24,410 bases of DNA from a virus (lineage: Duplodnaviria > Caudoviricetes). Below the pieces are notes generated by a model. That model saw only the letters and a list, made by a program, of their open reading frames with translations, made no database searches and was not told the DNA's origin. A program made the position numbers and the translations under genes. Positions 6,660 to 15,431 of the stretch are shown piece after piece; position 1 is the stretch's first letter, and the number at the start of each line of letters is the position of its first letter. The stretch lies in the IMG/VR virus record IMGVR_UViG_3300009108_000052, positions 1 to 24,410 of that record; one strand, written 5' to 3'.

Positions 6660-7180
6660 GGGGTTCAATAGTAGTCTGTCTTAGTATGGGCTATTATTGA
6701 TTTACGAAGGAAGTTGAAACTGACGAATGGGTTGGAGAACTTCGCCAAGAGTAATGCTATCTACACTAGTGGGCATTACAAAAGGTCTTTACTCGGTCTC
6801 GCACGAGATAAATAGTAAAGATGACAAGTAGTTGTATACACGACAGTTAACTAATGTACTTCAAGGCTGGGTATCCTTTCCTTTTCACACCATGAGATGA
6901 TTAACAAAAAAGGGGATGCTTGAGGAATATATGAAACAGATAAATGAGGAATGCTAACAAAGAAGAATTCGGTAACCTATGAGTCTATCCGTTAAAATCT
7001 ATAGGCTTTGTTTCACAGCAATTCTCTAGAAAGCATGATTATATTTTTCGAAAATAACTGCCCACCGAATTTAACCGAAGGGGGCAGAGAGAATTTCTCT
7101 GCTGGAGGGTGCAAGACCCTCTTCTTGGTGATATGGGAAGAATTTCCCATAGGGGGGTTCGATTCCCCCCACTTTTTTTT
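6660..7180 (+). ncRNA. candidate large structured ncRNA B (about 500 nt)
   Basis: About 540-nt gap with many helices, long-range pairings 6742-6751/7122-7131 and 6965-6973/7064-7072, and two T-arm-like hairpins. Confidence 0.55.
7152..7180 (+). terminator. intrinsic terminator-like hairpin
   Basis: GGGGGG-TTCGATT-CCCCCC-AC-T8. Confidence 0.6.
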
Positions 7181-7194
7181 AAGAGGAGATATTA

Positions 7195-7509
7195 ATGGCA
7201 AAAGATAAAAGTTACAAGATACACGGAACCACTGTGGACTCCAGTGTTGATATGCCCGATTCAATGGATGTCTATGATAGATATGGAGATTGGGTGGATA
7301 ATGTTCTAGTTGAGGAGGTGGATGGTCACCATAGTGCTGATGCTTACAAAGAGATGGCACTTGAGGAACAATTGGAAGAAATATATGAGACCGTAGTGGG
7401 TGACAGTGGGAGAGATAGGTTTTCCCACGGTGAACTCATTCAAGTTTTAAAAGACCTATATGATGATTCGCAAGTTTTACAAAATATTAATGACTATATG
7501 AGTAAATGA
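7195..7509 (+). CDS. hypothetical acidic phage protein (104 aa)
   Basis: GAGGAG SD. Confidence 0.82.
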   Translation: MAKDKSYKIHGTTVDSSVDMPDSMDVYDRYGDWVDNVLVEEVDGHHSADAYKEMALEEQLEEIYETVVGDSGRDRFSHGELIQVLKDLYDDSQVLQNINDYMSK

Positions 7510-7540
7510 AATGATGGCACAAGAAATGAAGGAATAAATT

Positions 7541-7810
7541 ATGAAAGTAGTAAGGAACAATTGTTATGGCGGTTACGCCTTATCAGAAGAAGCATATAAA
7601 TACTTAGACTTGCCTTGGGATGGCTATGGATTTGAGTTTGAAAACCATAGAGAAAACCCTAGATTGGTAGAAGTGGTTGAAGCATTAGGTAAGAAAGCCA
7701 GTGGTAGATGTGCAAACTTAATAATAGTTGAAATACCTGATGATGCTGAATGGTACATTGATGAATACGATGGTTGGGAAACCGTCAGAGAAAAACATAG
7801 AACATGGTAG
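7541..7810 (+). CDS. conserved phage protein (N.CYGG..LS...VEIPDD..W.I.EYDG.E family)
   Basis: AAGGA SD; recognisable phage family motif. Confidence 0.85.
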   Translation: MKVVRNNCYGGYALSEEAYKYLDLPWDGYGFEFENHRENPRLVEVVEALGKKASGRCANLIIVEIPDDAEWYIDEYDGWETVREKHRTW

Positions 7811-7821
7811 AATAGGAGTAA

Positions 7822-8070
7822 ATGATGGATCAGAAAAAACTGAAAAAATTGGAAGATGTGTACAAACGCAGTCCACAGTATAAATATATTTATTTGGATT
7901 ACGGTGAAGTTATAGAAGAAGTTACTGTTATTGCTAGAGACCGTGCAGAAGCCGATGAGTTGAAAGATGAAGGTCACGGGGAATGGAGAAGACTTCGGGA
8001 GGACTGGAGTGATTCTCGTTTTGATAGAATTGAGGAGATAACCGATGAGGAATATGATGAGAGTATATGA
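7822..8070 (+). CDS. hypothetical phage protein (82 aa)
   Basis: AGGAG SD. Confidence 0.8.
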   Translation: MMDQKKLKKLEDVYKRSPQYKYIYLDYGEVIEEVTVIARDRAEADELKDEGHGEWRRLREDWSDSRFDRIEEITDEEYDESI

Positions 8071-8242
8071 TAAGAAATTTATTATTTATTGCTATGGTGA
8101 ACACTGGCATATAAATTGGTTGAAAAATTCTGATGTAACACTTGAGGAGTTTTTCAAGGAACATGATGTAGAAATCGTTGACACAGATATTGATGGAGAA
8201 GAGATAAATGATATTAATAACTTTGAAAGAGCAGAGCGGTGA
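8057..8242 (+). CDS. hypothetical phage protein
   Basis: Track start 8045; GAGG at 8047-8050 favours ATG 8057. Confidence 0.72.
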   Translation: MRVYDKKFIIYCYGEHWHINWLKNSDVTLEEFFKEHDVEIVDTDIDGEEINDINNFERAER

Positions 8243-8495
8243 ACAGGAGTATTTCTCTTATCACTATATGCGTAGTATGACGACATCTGATTACTACGAT
8301 AATCCTAATAAAACTGAATATGAATTGGATGTGGAAATCATGACCGAACTTGGTTATGATGTCTATGAAGATAACTATGAAGAGGATGTTAGTATGTGGT
8401 GGTTTGATACTCGTCTAGTTGGTATCGATGGGATTCAAAATCTATCTGAGACCAGATTTAAAACATTAATTGAACTGGGGATATTGTATGAATGA
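8208..8495 (+). CDS. hypothetical acidic phage protein (95 aa)
   Basis: GGAG upstream; part of the overlapping gene chain. Confidence 0.75.
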   Translation: MILITLKEQSGEQEYFSYHYMRSMTTSDYYDNPNKTEYELDVEIMTELGYDVYEDNYEEDVSMWWFDTRLVGIDGIQNLSETRFKTLIELGILYE

Positions 8496-8730
8496 TAAAC
8501 ACTTAATAAAACAATTGGACAGAGAGATAGATTCTCTGAGAAGTGCGTTAAGTTATCAAGTTTCTGTCCGTAACCAAATTATTGATTGGTTAGAGGGCGA
8601 GATTGAACATAACGAACCTGTTATAAATGGTGATGAGGTATTAACTGATGGGACTGATGATATTCATGTTGGTCGTTCCGATTGTGCTAAGGCTTTACTT
8701 AGGCAAATCGCAAAATTTGAGGAGTGGTAG
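8488..8730 (+). CDS. hypothetical phage protein, coiled-coil N-terminus
   Basis: Track start 8470; ATG 8488 after GGGGA. Confidence 0.75.
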   Translation: MNDKHLIKQLDREIDSLRSALSYQVSVRNQIIDWLEGEIEHNEPVINGDEVLTDGTDDIHVGRSDCAKALLRQIAKFEEW

Positions 8731-8731
8731 G

Positions 8732-8917
8732 ATGAACATTAAAAATAAGTTAGGTGAAGAACTACTGTCCGATGGTGAAGTATTAGACATTCTTTATGAT
8801 TGGATGGGTAGAGAAACAAGAAATTATACTTTAGAGCATAAAGGTAGAAAACTACTGGCTAGAGAAGTTCTAGAGTTTCTTAGGGAAAATGAACAAGAGG
8901 AGATGTCTAATGAATAA
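8732..8917 (+). CDS. hypothetical phage protein
   Basis: Track start 8648; ATG 8732 after GAGGAG. Confidence 0.75.
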   Translation: MNIKNKLGEELLSDGEVLDILYDWMGRETRNYTLEHKGRKLLAREVLEFLRENEQEEMSNE

Positions 8918-9167
8918 AAAACCTTTTTGGAATAGAATGGTAGATGCTTACTATGAAAATGAGCAGAAGTCAGCAGAAGAATTGGACAAGGTTTGTGGTC
9001 TCTTAGCGTGGTTAAGTGTACACGCTGACGAGGACTGTCCAAGTGAATACAGAACCAAGCACTTTAGAAATGCTTTAGATGATGCAGTGGATTATTTAGA
9101 AAAAAGTGGTTGGTATGAGTTCAATAAAAACAAATGTTTAAGGGAGTCTAAAAATGACAATACCTAA
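8910..9167 (+). CDS. hypothetical phage protein
   Basis: Track start 8889; ATG 8910 after GAGGAG. Confidence 0.75.
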   Translation: MNKKPFWNRMVDAYYENEQKSAEELDKVCGLLAWLSVHADEDCPSEYRTKHFRNALDDAVDYLEKSGWYEFNKNKCLRESKNDNT

Positions 9168-9789
9168 ATTAATTGCAATGGTAGAAAGGATTTGCAGAAG
9201 GACAATCCAAGTTATATTTAAAGATATTGATGTTGAGGTGAATCATAACTATTTAGATCACTACCCGAAAGGGGAAGTTAGTGTCTCTGGTAGTTATGAT
9301 GACAACTCTGGTGAAGTTTGTATAACACTTATCTCTAGTTTTAATGACTCGGAAGTCTTTGATTTTAATGATAAAAGTTATGACTGGTTTAACAGTGAAT
9401 TGGTTAAAGTTTTAAGACACGAAGGAATTCACATTGAGCAAGATTTGAGAAATGATTTCTCACCCAGTCTCCACTCTGACGAGCATACTTACTTTTCCGA
9501 TGATTTGGAAATTGAAGCATATGGAAGAGCAGATGTTCCGTTAGAAGTTAGAGAAAGTTCGGAGGGTAGTTCTAAAACAGTAGAGATGTATATAGATATG
9601 TTCGGAAAAGACAGTGACGAAGTGAGAAAACTTTTACATTTCTACAAGATAGAGACAGGTTTGGATTACCCTTTGAATTATATGACATCTAATACAGAAG
9701 ACCTAACTAAAGCAGAATGTTTTAATGCAATAGTTGAAGGTATGAAAATATTAGGTTGGGATGATGAAAAGGAACATAATGGAAAATAA
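9154..9789 (+). CDS. HExxH zincin-like (putative metallopeptidase) protein
   Basis: LRHEGIHIEQ followed by YFSDDLEIEAYG; GGGAG SD. Confidence 0.65.
   Translation: MTIPKLIAMVERICRRTIQVIFKDIDVEVNHNYLDHYPKGEVSVSGSYDDNSGEVCITLISSFNDSEVFDFNDKSYDWFNSELVKVLRHEGIHIEQDLRNDFSPSLHSDEHTYFSDDLEIEAYGRADVPLEVRESSEGSSKTVEMYIDMFGKDSDEVRKLLHFYKIETGLDYPLNYMTSNTEDLTKAECFNAIVEGMKILGWDDEKEHNGK
9677..9698 (+). promoter_or_regulatory. putative phage RNAP promoter P2 (upstream of clpX and RNAP)
   Basis: ATTATATGACATCTAATACAGA. Confidence 0.6.
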
Positions 9790-11113
9790 AGACTGTATTT
9801 GTGCAATTTGCACAGGAGGTAAGTCAGATAAGGATATATTTAGACTTATTGAGTATTATAAAAAAGTTGTATGTGAGGTTTGTTTGCAGACAGTAGTGGC
9901 ACCTGCCTCACCTAAACTTTTTATCAATTATGTCAATAAAGGAAAAATCCTTTATGAAGATTTAAAGAAAGAACAAGATTACATAGAGTCACTAGATGTG
10001 GTAGATTCTTATTTTGAAGACAATGATGTTGGATATGCTGTTAAACCCGATGGTTCAATTATAAAAGCAAAGGGTGTCAGTGGTAAAGAGATAGAAGAAA
10101 CGACACCAAAGACCCTATTTAATTATCTAGAGGAAAATGCAGTAGGTCAAACAGAGGCAAAGAAAACTTTATCAGTTGCAATGTATAACCATTTTAAAAG
10201 AATTAAATTGAAGAGAGAAGGTATAGAAATTAACAAAAACAACATACTTCTTGTAGGAGGGACAGGTGTTGGTAAAACCTTCATAACTTCATTATTAGCA
10301 AAGAAATTGAATTTGCCATTCGTTGTTGCAGATGCAAACAGTTTAACCCAAGCAGGGTATGTTGGGGGCGATGTAGAGGACATATTGGACTCACTTGTAC
10401 AGAAAGCCAAAGGAAATTTAGATAAGGCACAGTGTGGAGTCGTTATTATTGATGAAATAGACAAGATTTGTTCTAATAAGTCTACAGGAGTTAAAGGAAG
10501 AGATCCGAGTGGTGAGGGTGTACAACAGGCACTTCTAAAATTTATCGAAGGTGGTGAGTTCAGAGTAGGTGCAGGTTATAAGAATGGTGTTAAGAAGAAA
10601 AGTTATATATTTGATACTACAGATGTTCTTTTTATTGTTGCAGGTGCTTTTACTGAAATTGAGGAAATAGTAATTTCAAGAGAAAGAGGTGACAGTATGG
10701 GTTTCCTAAGTGGCAACCAAGACAAATTGAGCAAGGATGAAATATATAGAAAAGTCGCCCACGAGGATTTTGAAAAATTTGGTATAATTCCTGAATTGTT
10801 GAGTAGATTACCAACTAGGGTCTCGTTAAATCCCCTTACTGAATCAAACCTAATAGATATTATGTCGAAAATTAACAACAACTTGGTAAGCCAATACAAG
10901 CATTTATTTGCAGAGGATGGGGTCGAATTTAAAATTACAAAAAGTGCGTTACAAGAAATTGCAAGGAGTTCTATATTAGAAAATACAGGTGCGAGAGGTT
11001 TGCACGGAATATTCGAACACCTTTCTAGAGAAATTATGTTTGAGTCGCCTTCTGACGATTTGATAACTGATTTCACAATAACTAAAGAAGATGTTATTAA
11101 CTTAACTTTATAA
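9779..11113 (+). CDS. clpX: ClpX-like AAA+ unfoldase
   Basis: N-terminal CAIC..CEVC Zn motif, GQTEAKK, Walker A GGTGVGKT, GYVG pore loop, Walker B IIDEIDK, GEGVQQALLK, MGF loop, GARGL; track start 9761, ATG 9779 after AAGGA. Confidence 0.93.
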   Translation: MENKDCICAICTGGKSDKDIFRLIEYYKKVVCEVCLQTVVAPASPKLFINYVNKGKILYEDLKKEQDYIESLDVVDSYFEDNDVGYAVKPDGSIIKAKGVSGKEIEETTPKTLFNYLEENAVGQTEAKKTLSVAMYNHFKRIKLKREGIEINKNNILLVGGTGVGKTFITSLLAKKLNLPFVVADANSLTQAGYVGGDVEDILDSLVQKAKGNLDKAQCGVVIIDEIDKICSNKSTGVKGRDPSGEGVQQALLKFIEGGEFRVGAGYKNGVKKKSYIFDTTDVLFIVAGAFTEIEEIVISRERGDSMGFLSGNQDKLSKDEIYRKVAHEDFEKFGIIPELLSRLPTRVSLNPLTESNLIDIMSKINNNLVSQYKHLFAEDGVEFKITKSALQEIARSSILENTGARGLHGIFEHLSREIMFESPSDDLITDFTITKEDVINLTL

Positions 11114-11126
11114 AAACGGAGGTTTT

Positions 11127-13355
11127 ATGGATAAGAGGGAACTACTATTATTACAAATCTCGTCACAATTAAATCATATGTCCCAAACGATAAGCAAGGG
11201 ACGGCAGTCTGCATTTAAGAAAGTTTTACTCGGTGCAGACAGTGTAAGAACAATAGCAGAAGATATTCTAGATTTTACAATTAGTGCGTTGTCGAAAGGT
11301 ACAGCGTTGACATCGACAGCATCAGCATTGGCTTCTAGAATGAATGTGCATACTCAATTCAATTTAAAATCGGGGACTTCACAGAAAGCAGAGGCTACTA
11401 TGATCTCAGCAGGAGTAGAAGCCTTAGGTTCCTTAGGGTCTCTTGGTTACACACAAGTGGTGACAGAGTCTCAAGGTGTTATGAAATTGAATAGATTAGA
11501 TTTTAAAGATGAGCGAAATTTACTTTTTCGTTATTTTCAAGAAATAAAACAGGTGTCGCCAATCGACTTACCCCTAGAGGAGTACAAGGGTTGGACACAT
11601 CCATACAAGAATGGTGTGCCAATAGTCAAGAAGATGCCACCAGAATTAAGTAAAAAATACCTGTATAAGAGGATGCCAAAAGTATACGATGCTTTGAACT
11701 CTTATGGGTCAACATCATTTACAGTGAATGAGGAGTTGTTGGAAATTGTCAAGGAGTTTGACAAGGACGACCACCCCTATATACCTAAAGCTGTAGATAG
11801 TGAGGAAGTAAGCAAGTCCCTCAAGAGTCTTCTGAGTTTCAAAAGAACATCAGAATTTGTAGGGAGACAAGCAAAGAAGTGGTATCTGGCTAATGTCAGT
11901 CACCAACTCTTAAAGAAAGGTCTAACAGTTGCCCAGATAGACGGTAGAAGTAATACTTACAAGAAGAGAAAAGCCTCTGGATGGATGAAGGATAAATCAT
12001 CAGATGCTTTGGATATAGTAAGAGCATCTTCCAAGAGATATGAATTTGACAGGGTTATGGATATGGCTACTCTAATGATTGATAAGGCTTTTCATTACGA
12101 TTTTCAATTAGACAGCAGAGGTAGATTTTATCCAATTGTTAATTACTTTGAACCTACAGGCTCAGATTTAGCGAAAGGATTATTGATGTTTAATCACGGA
12201 GTGTATTGGACTGAAGAAGTCGAAAGGGCTTTGGCAATACATACAGCAAATTGTGCAGGTGAGGACAAGATATCTATGGATGATAGAGTCCTCTGGACTT
12301 ATGTTTGGATGCCAGAGATACTAGAGGCATCTGAAGACCCTCTGAATTCTAAGTGGTTAAGACAATTCAGTGGCGATAAGAAGACCAAGTTTCAATTAAT
12401 ATCTGCTATCTTAGAGTGGAAGAAGTTGGAAGAGATGGGTAGGGATGACTATGTTTGTCATTTACCTATAGGTCTAGATGCAACCAATTCTGGGCTACAA
12501 ATCTTATCCGCTATGACTAGGGATAGGACAGGTGCTGAAGAGACAAATGTGGTAAACCATCCAAGTAAAGAAATTGGAGACGCATACATGGTTATAGCGA
12601 GATCTGTTCTTGATGGTGGTTTCTCTTATAAGAGTTTTGAAGATTTAGGTGATAAGGCTTGGAGGAAACTTTGCAAAAGACCAACAATGTCTTACTACTA
12701 CGATGCTGGTAGAGGTTGTATACAAGACCAAACCTTCGAAGATAGGCGTGACCACGGTTATGATATATTGTCAGAGATGACATATGATGATTCTGCCTAC
12801 ATAGGTACTGCCATTTTTGATGGTGTTAGGTTGGCATTCCCTAGACAAACACAAGCTAAAGACCTTTTGAAAAGAGGTGTCTGTGTATATCTAGAGAATA
12901 GTGGTAACAAGCCAATGATTACTTGGAAGACAGCCACAGGATTTACTGCTTTCCAGAATTATGCAAAAACTTCTATTAAAAGAGTAAATTGTATGTTTGG
13001 GAGTAGACCTGTGAAATTGAGTTATCAGGTTTTTCTTGATGAGGCTAGAAAGACTGACCATGAGAGGGGCATAAGTGCTAATTTTGTACATTCTCAAGAT
13101 GCATCTCTATTAACTTTAGTTATCTGTAGACTAGCAGAACTCGGTGCAATCAACTTTATGATGATTCATGACCAGTTTTCAGTAAGTGCAGATAACTTAG
13201 AACTACTTCTTAATGTATTTAAGGAGGTTTTTCAAGAGATATTTGAAAAAGACCAGCTTGGATCTACAATAGAAGCTTTTGGTCTTGAAGATGAAATTGA
13301 CTATGGTGATTTACAAATGGATGAAATTTCGGAATCCAAGTATATTATCTCTTAA
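11127..13355 (+). CDS. single-subunit T7-family DNA-directed RNA polymerase
   Basis: DSRGRFY, motif A LDATNSGLQILS, motif B RKLCKRPTMSYYY, ANFVHSQDA, motif C IHDQF; GGAGG SD. Confidence 0.95.
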   Translation: MDKRELLLLQISSQLNHMSQTISKGRQSAFKKVLLGADSVRTIAEDILDFTISALSKGTALTSTASALASRMNVHTQFNLKSGTSQKAEATMISAGVEALGSLGSLGYTQVVTESQGVMKLNRLDFKDERNLLFRYFQEIKQVSPIDLPLEEYKGWTHPYKNGVPIVKKMPPELSKKYLYKRMPKVYDALNSYGSTSFTVNEELLEIVKEFDKDDHPYIPKAVDSEEVSKSLKSLLSFKRTSEFVGRQAKKWYLANVSHQLLKKGLTVAQIDGRSNTYKKRKASGWMKDKSSDALDIVRASSKRYEFDRVMDMATLMIDKAFHYDFQLDSRGRFYPIVNYFEPTGSDLAKGLLMFNHGVYWTEEVERALAIHTANCAGEDKISMDDRVLWTYVWMPEILEASEDPLNSKWLRQFSGDKKTKFQLISAILEWKKLEEMGRDDYVCHLPIGLDATNSGLQILSAMTRDRTGAEETNVVNHPSKEIGDAYMVIARSVLDGGFSYKSFEDLGDKAWRKLCKRPTMSYYYDAGRGCIQDQTFEDRRDHGYDILSEMTYDDSAYIGTAIFDGVRLAFPRQTQAKDLLKRGVCVYLENSGNKPMITWKTATGFTAFQNYAKTSIKRVNCMFGSRPVKLSYQVFLDEARKTDHERGISANFVHSQDASLLTLVICRLAELGAINFMMIHDQFSVSADNLELLLNVFKEVFQEIFEKDQLGSTIEAFGLEDEIDYGDLQMDEISESKYIIS

Positions 13356-13376
13356 TTATATGACATCTTATAGAGG
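13355..13376 (+). promoter_or_regulatory. putative phage RNAP promoter P3 (start of replication cluster)
   Basis: ATTATATGACATCTTATAGAGG immediately after RNAP stop; SP6-like TGACA...TATAG. Confidence 0.7.
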
Positions 13377-13390
13377 ATAGGAGAACAGGA

Positions 13391-13579
13391 ATGTCAAGTG
13401 AATTTACAGAATTATGTGAAATGTATGGGTTATCGCCCGGAGACCCTGAGGCAATAGATAAATTAATTCATTTTATGGCTGACCCAGATGAAGAGGATGA
13501 TACTTGGTATTTTAATGAAAATGCCGATGCGTTTGATCCTGATGATTTAGAGACGGAGGAAGAGGATGAAGAACGATGA
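13391..13579 (+). CDS. small highly acidic hypothetical protein
   Basis: AGGAG SD; D/E-rich. Confidence 0.78.
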   Translation: MSSEFTELCEMYGLSPGDPEAIDKLIHFMADPDEEDDTWYFNENADAFDPDDLETEEEDEER

Positions 13580-13808
13580 AGTAAATAATCCAAAACATTA
13601 CACTTCGGGAAAAATAGAAGCCCTAGACATTATTGAGGATACTACTAAAGACCTCAATGGTCTAGAGGCTTTTGCAATAGGGAGTGCTTTTAAATATCTT
13701 ATCAGATTTGACAAAAAGGGCAATCCAATACAAGACCTTCAAAAGGCAATATTTTATATTGAGAAAGTTATATTTGAAAGGCAAAAGCAATCAAAGGAGG
13801 AAACATGA
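13566..13808 (+). CDS. DUF3310 family protein (T7 gp1.7/SaV-like)
   Basis: VNNPKHYT.G.IE..D, KYL.R..KKG...QDL.KA..YI. Confidence 0.85.
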   Translation: MKNDEVNNPKHYTSGKIEALDIIEDTTKDLNGLEAFAIGSAFKYLIRFDKKGNPIQDLQKAIFYIEKVIFERQKQSKEET

Positions 13809-13942
13809 TAATTATAGAGGCTGTACTTGAAACAGGGGAAAAAGAATTTCAACTGTCGGATGGTAAAGTAGGTGAGAGAACTTACTCTATTGATTTTGAA
13901 AGCATGGATGAATTAGAAAAATATGTAGAGGAGGAAGAATGA
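13805..13942 (+). CDS. small hypothetical protein (45 aa)
   Basis: Not in track; AAGGAGG SD, ATGA overlaps at both ends. Confidence 0.72.
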   Translation: MIIIEAVLETGEKEFQLSDGKVGERTYSIDFESMDELEKYVEEEE

Positions 13943-14826
13943 AAGCTTTAATAGATGCTGATATTATTGTTTACTGGTCAGCAAACCATTGCCAAACCAA
14001 TTACTATAATGTTATAGATAAGGATGGTGAGGTTTTACAAGAGTATGACAGTAAGCGACATGCACAAAATGGGTTAGAGGATATAAACACCCTTTGGAAA
14101 TTACAAGCTTCTGAGACTGAAGAGTCTCCATATAGTGTAGTTTCTGGAAAGATAATTATTGAGCCTTGGTCAGAATGTGTTGAATTTATAACAGACTTTA
14201 TAAAGAGTCTAGTTAAGAAGACAAAAGCTGACGAGTACGAACTGCATTTGTCAGGACACACTAACTTCAGAAAAGATATTGCAGTTACAAAACCATATAA
14301 AGGTAATAGGAAAGGATATAAACCATTCTATTACCAAAAGGTTAGAGATTATCTTATAGAAGAACTTGGTGCATTGGTATCTGAAGATGAAGAAGCTGAC
14401 GATACATTAGCTATCGCTCAGACCAATGACAAGGACAACACAATCATTTGCACCATAGATAAAGATTTATGGACTGTTCCGGGTGCAAAGTATGATTTCA
14501 AGAGAGAAGAATCAAGCTATGTCACTGAATACGATGGTATAAGACATTTTCAATACCAAATGTTAGCAGGTGACCCAGTTGATAATATACAGGGTGTTCC
14601 TAAGATTGGTCCTGTTAAAGCGAAAAAAATCTTAGGCGACTATGATGATATCCAAACTACTTGGAATATCATTAGGGATTATTACAAGGACTCTTACGGA
14701 GATGACTGTAATGATATTATGTTAGAAATGGGTAGACTACTTTGGATACGACACAATGTCGGTGAGATGTGGGACTTACCTCTTTTCGAAAATGAATTAG
14801 ACAAGAAGGAGGAAACCAATGGCTAA
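13939..14826 (+). CDS. 5'-3' exonuclease / RNase H (T7 gp6-like, FEN superfamily)
   Basis: LIDAD, YKGNR, EADD, DKDL, GDPVDNIQGVPKIG. Confidence 0.92.
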   Translation: MKALIDADIIVYWSANHCQTNYYNVIDKDGEVLQEYDSKRHAQNGLEDINTLWKLQASETEESPYSVVSGKIIIEPWSECVEFITDFIKSLVKKTKADEYELHLSGHTNFRKDIAVTKPYKGNRKGYKPFYYQKVRDYLIEELGALVSEDEEADDTLAIAQTNDKDNTIICTIDKDLWTVPGAKYDFKREESSYVTEYDGIRHFQYQMLAGDPVDNIQGVPKIGPVKAKKILGDYDDIQTTWNIIRDYYKDSYGDDCNDIMLEMGRLLWIRHNVGEMWDLPLFENELDKKEETNG

Positions 14827-15352
14827 TTTAGTTGAGAATGTGGAATTAAACTGGTGTTTCTTAGACCCCAGTAATCCACAAGAAAACTTCGAAAAACTTC
14901 AATGGTCTGTTACAGCTTATGTTGATAAGAAAATAGCAGAGAAGTTCAAGAAGAATGGTTTCATTAGAACTTTGCGACCTGTAGAGGATGCAGATGGTAA
15001 TGAGACTGGACAGTATAAAGTCACATTTAAGCAAAATGCGAAAACATCTGCAGGTAAGGATTTAATGCCTCCCGGTGTTTTCACAAGAACAGAGAAGGGT
15101 ACTATTAAACCGTTAACTGGTGTTATTGTAGGTAATGGTTCTATTGGTACTATTTCTTTCGATACCTATGATTGGGAATTCAAGGGCAATAAAGGAAGGT
15201 CTATGAGCCTTAAGAATGTTCTTGTTACTAATCTTATACCTTACGAGAAATCAGATCCTGCAGGTTCAGAGTTTGGTGACTTGGAGTCTGGTTCAGAATT
15301 TAATAAGAAGGAAGATGTCGATTTAGATTTTGAAGAGGATGGTGACTACTAA
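14819..15352 (+). CDS. single-stranded DNA-binding protein (T7 gp2.5-like)
   Basis: GNGS motif, acidic tail ending in aromatic residue, position in replication cluster. Confidence 0.8.
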   Translation: MANLVENVELNWCFLDPSNPQENFEKLQWSVTAYVDKKIAEKFKKNGFIRTLRPVEDADGNETGQYKVTFKQNAKTSAGKDLMPPGVFTRTEKGTIKPLTGVIVGNGSIGTISFDTYDWEFKGNKGRSMSLKNVLVTNLIPYEKSDPAGSEFGDLESGSEFNKKEDVDLDFEEDGDY

Positions 15353-15431
15353 GTGATTTAAGAGAGGTTCGGGCTAAAACTACCTAACCGTGAAAGCGTA
15401 GTCCTCTCATTTATTTTTCTACGGAGGAGAA

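Noticed and set aside
7120-7180. tRNA gene suggested by GGTTCGATTCC
   Set aside because: No acceptor stem, D-arm or proper anticodon loop can be built
7008-7360. ORFs 7008-7208 (+) and 7013-7360 (-)
   Set aside because: No SD, atypical composition, and they overlap the structured RNA region and a real gene
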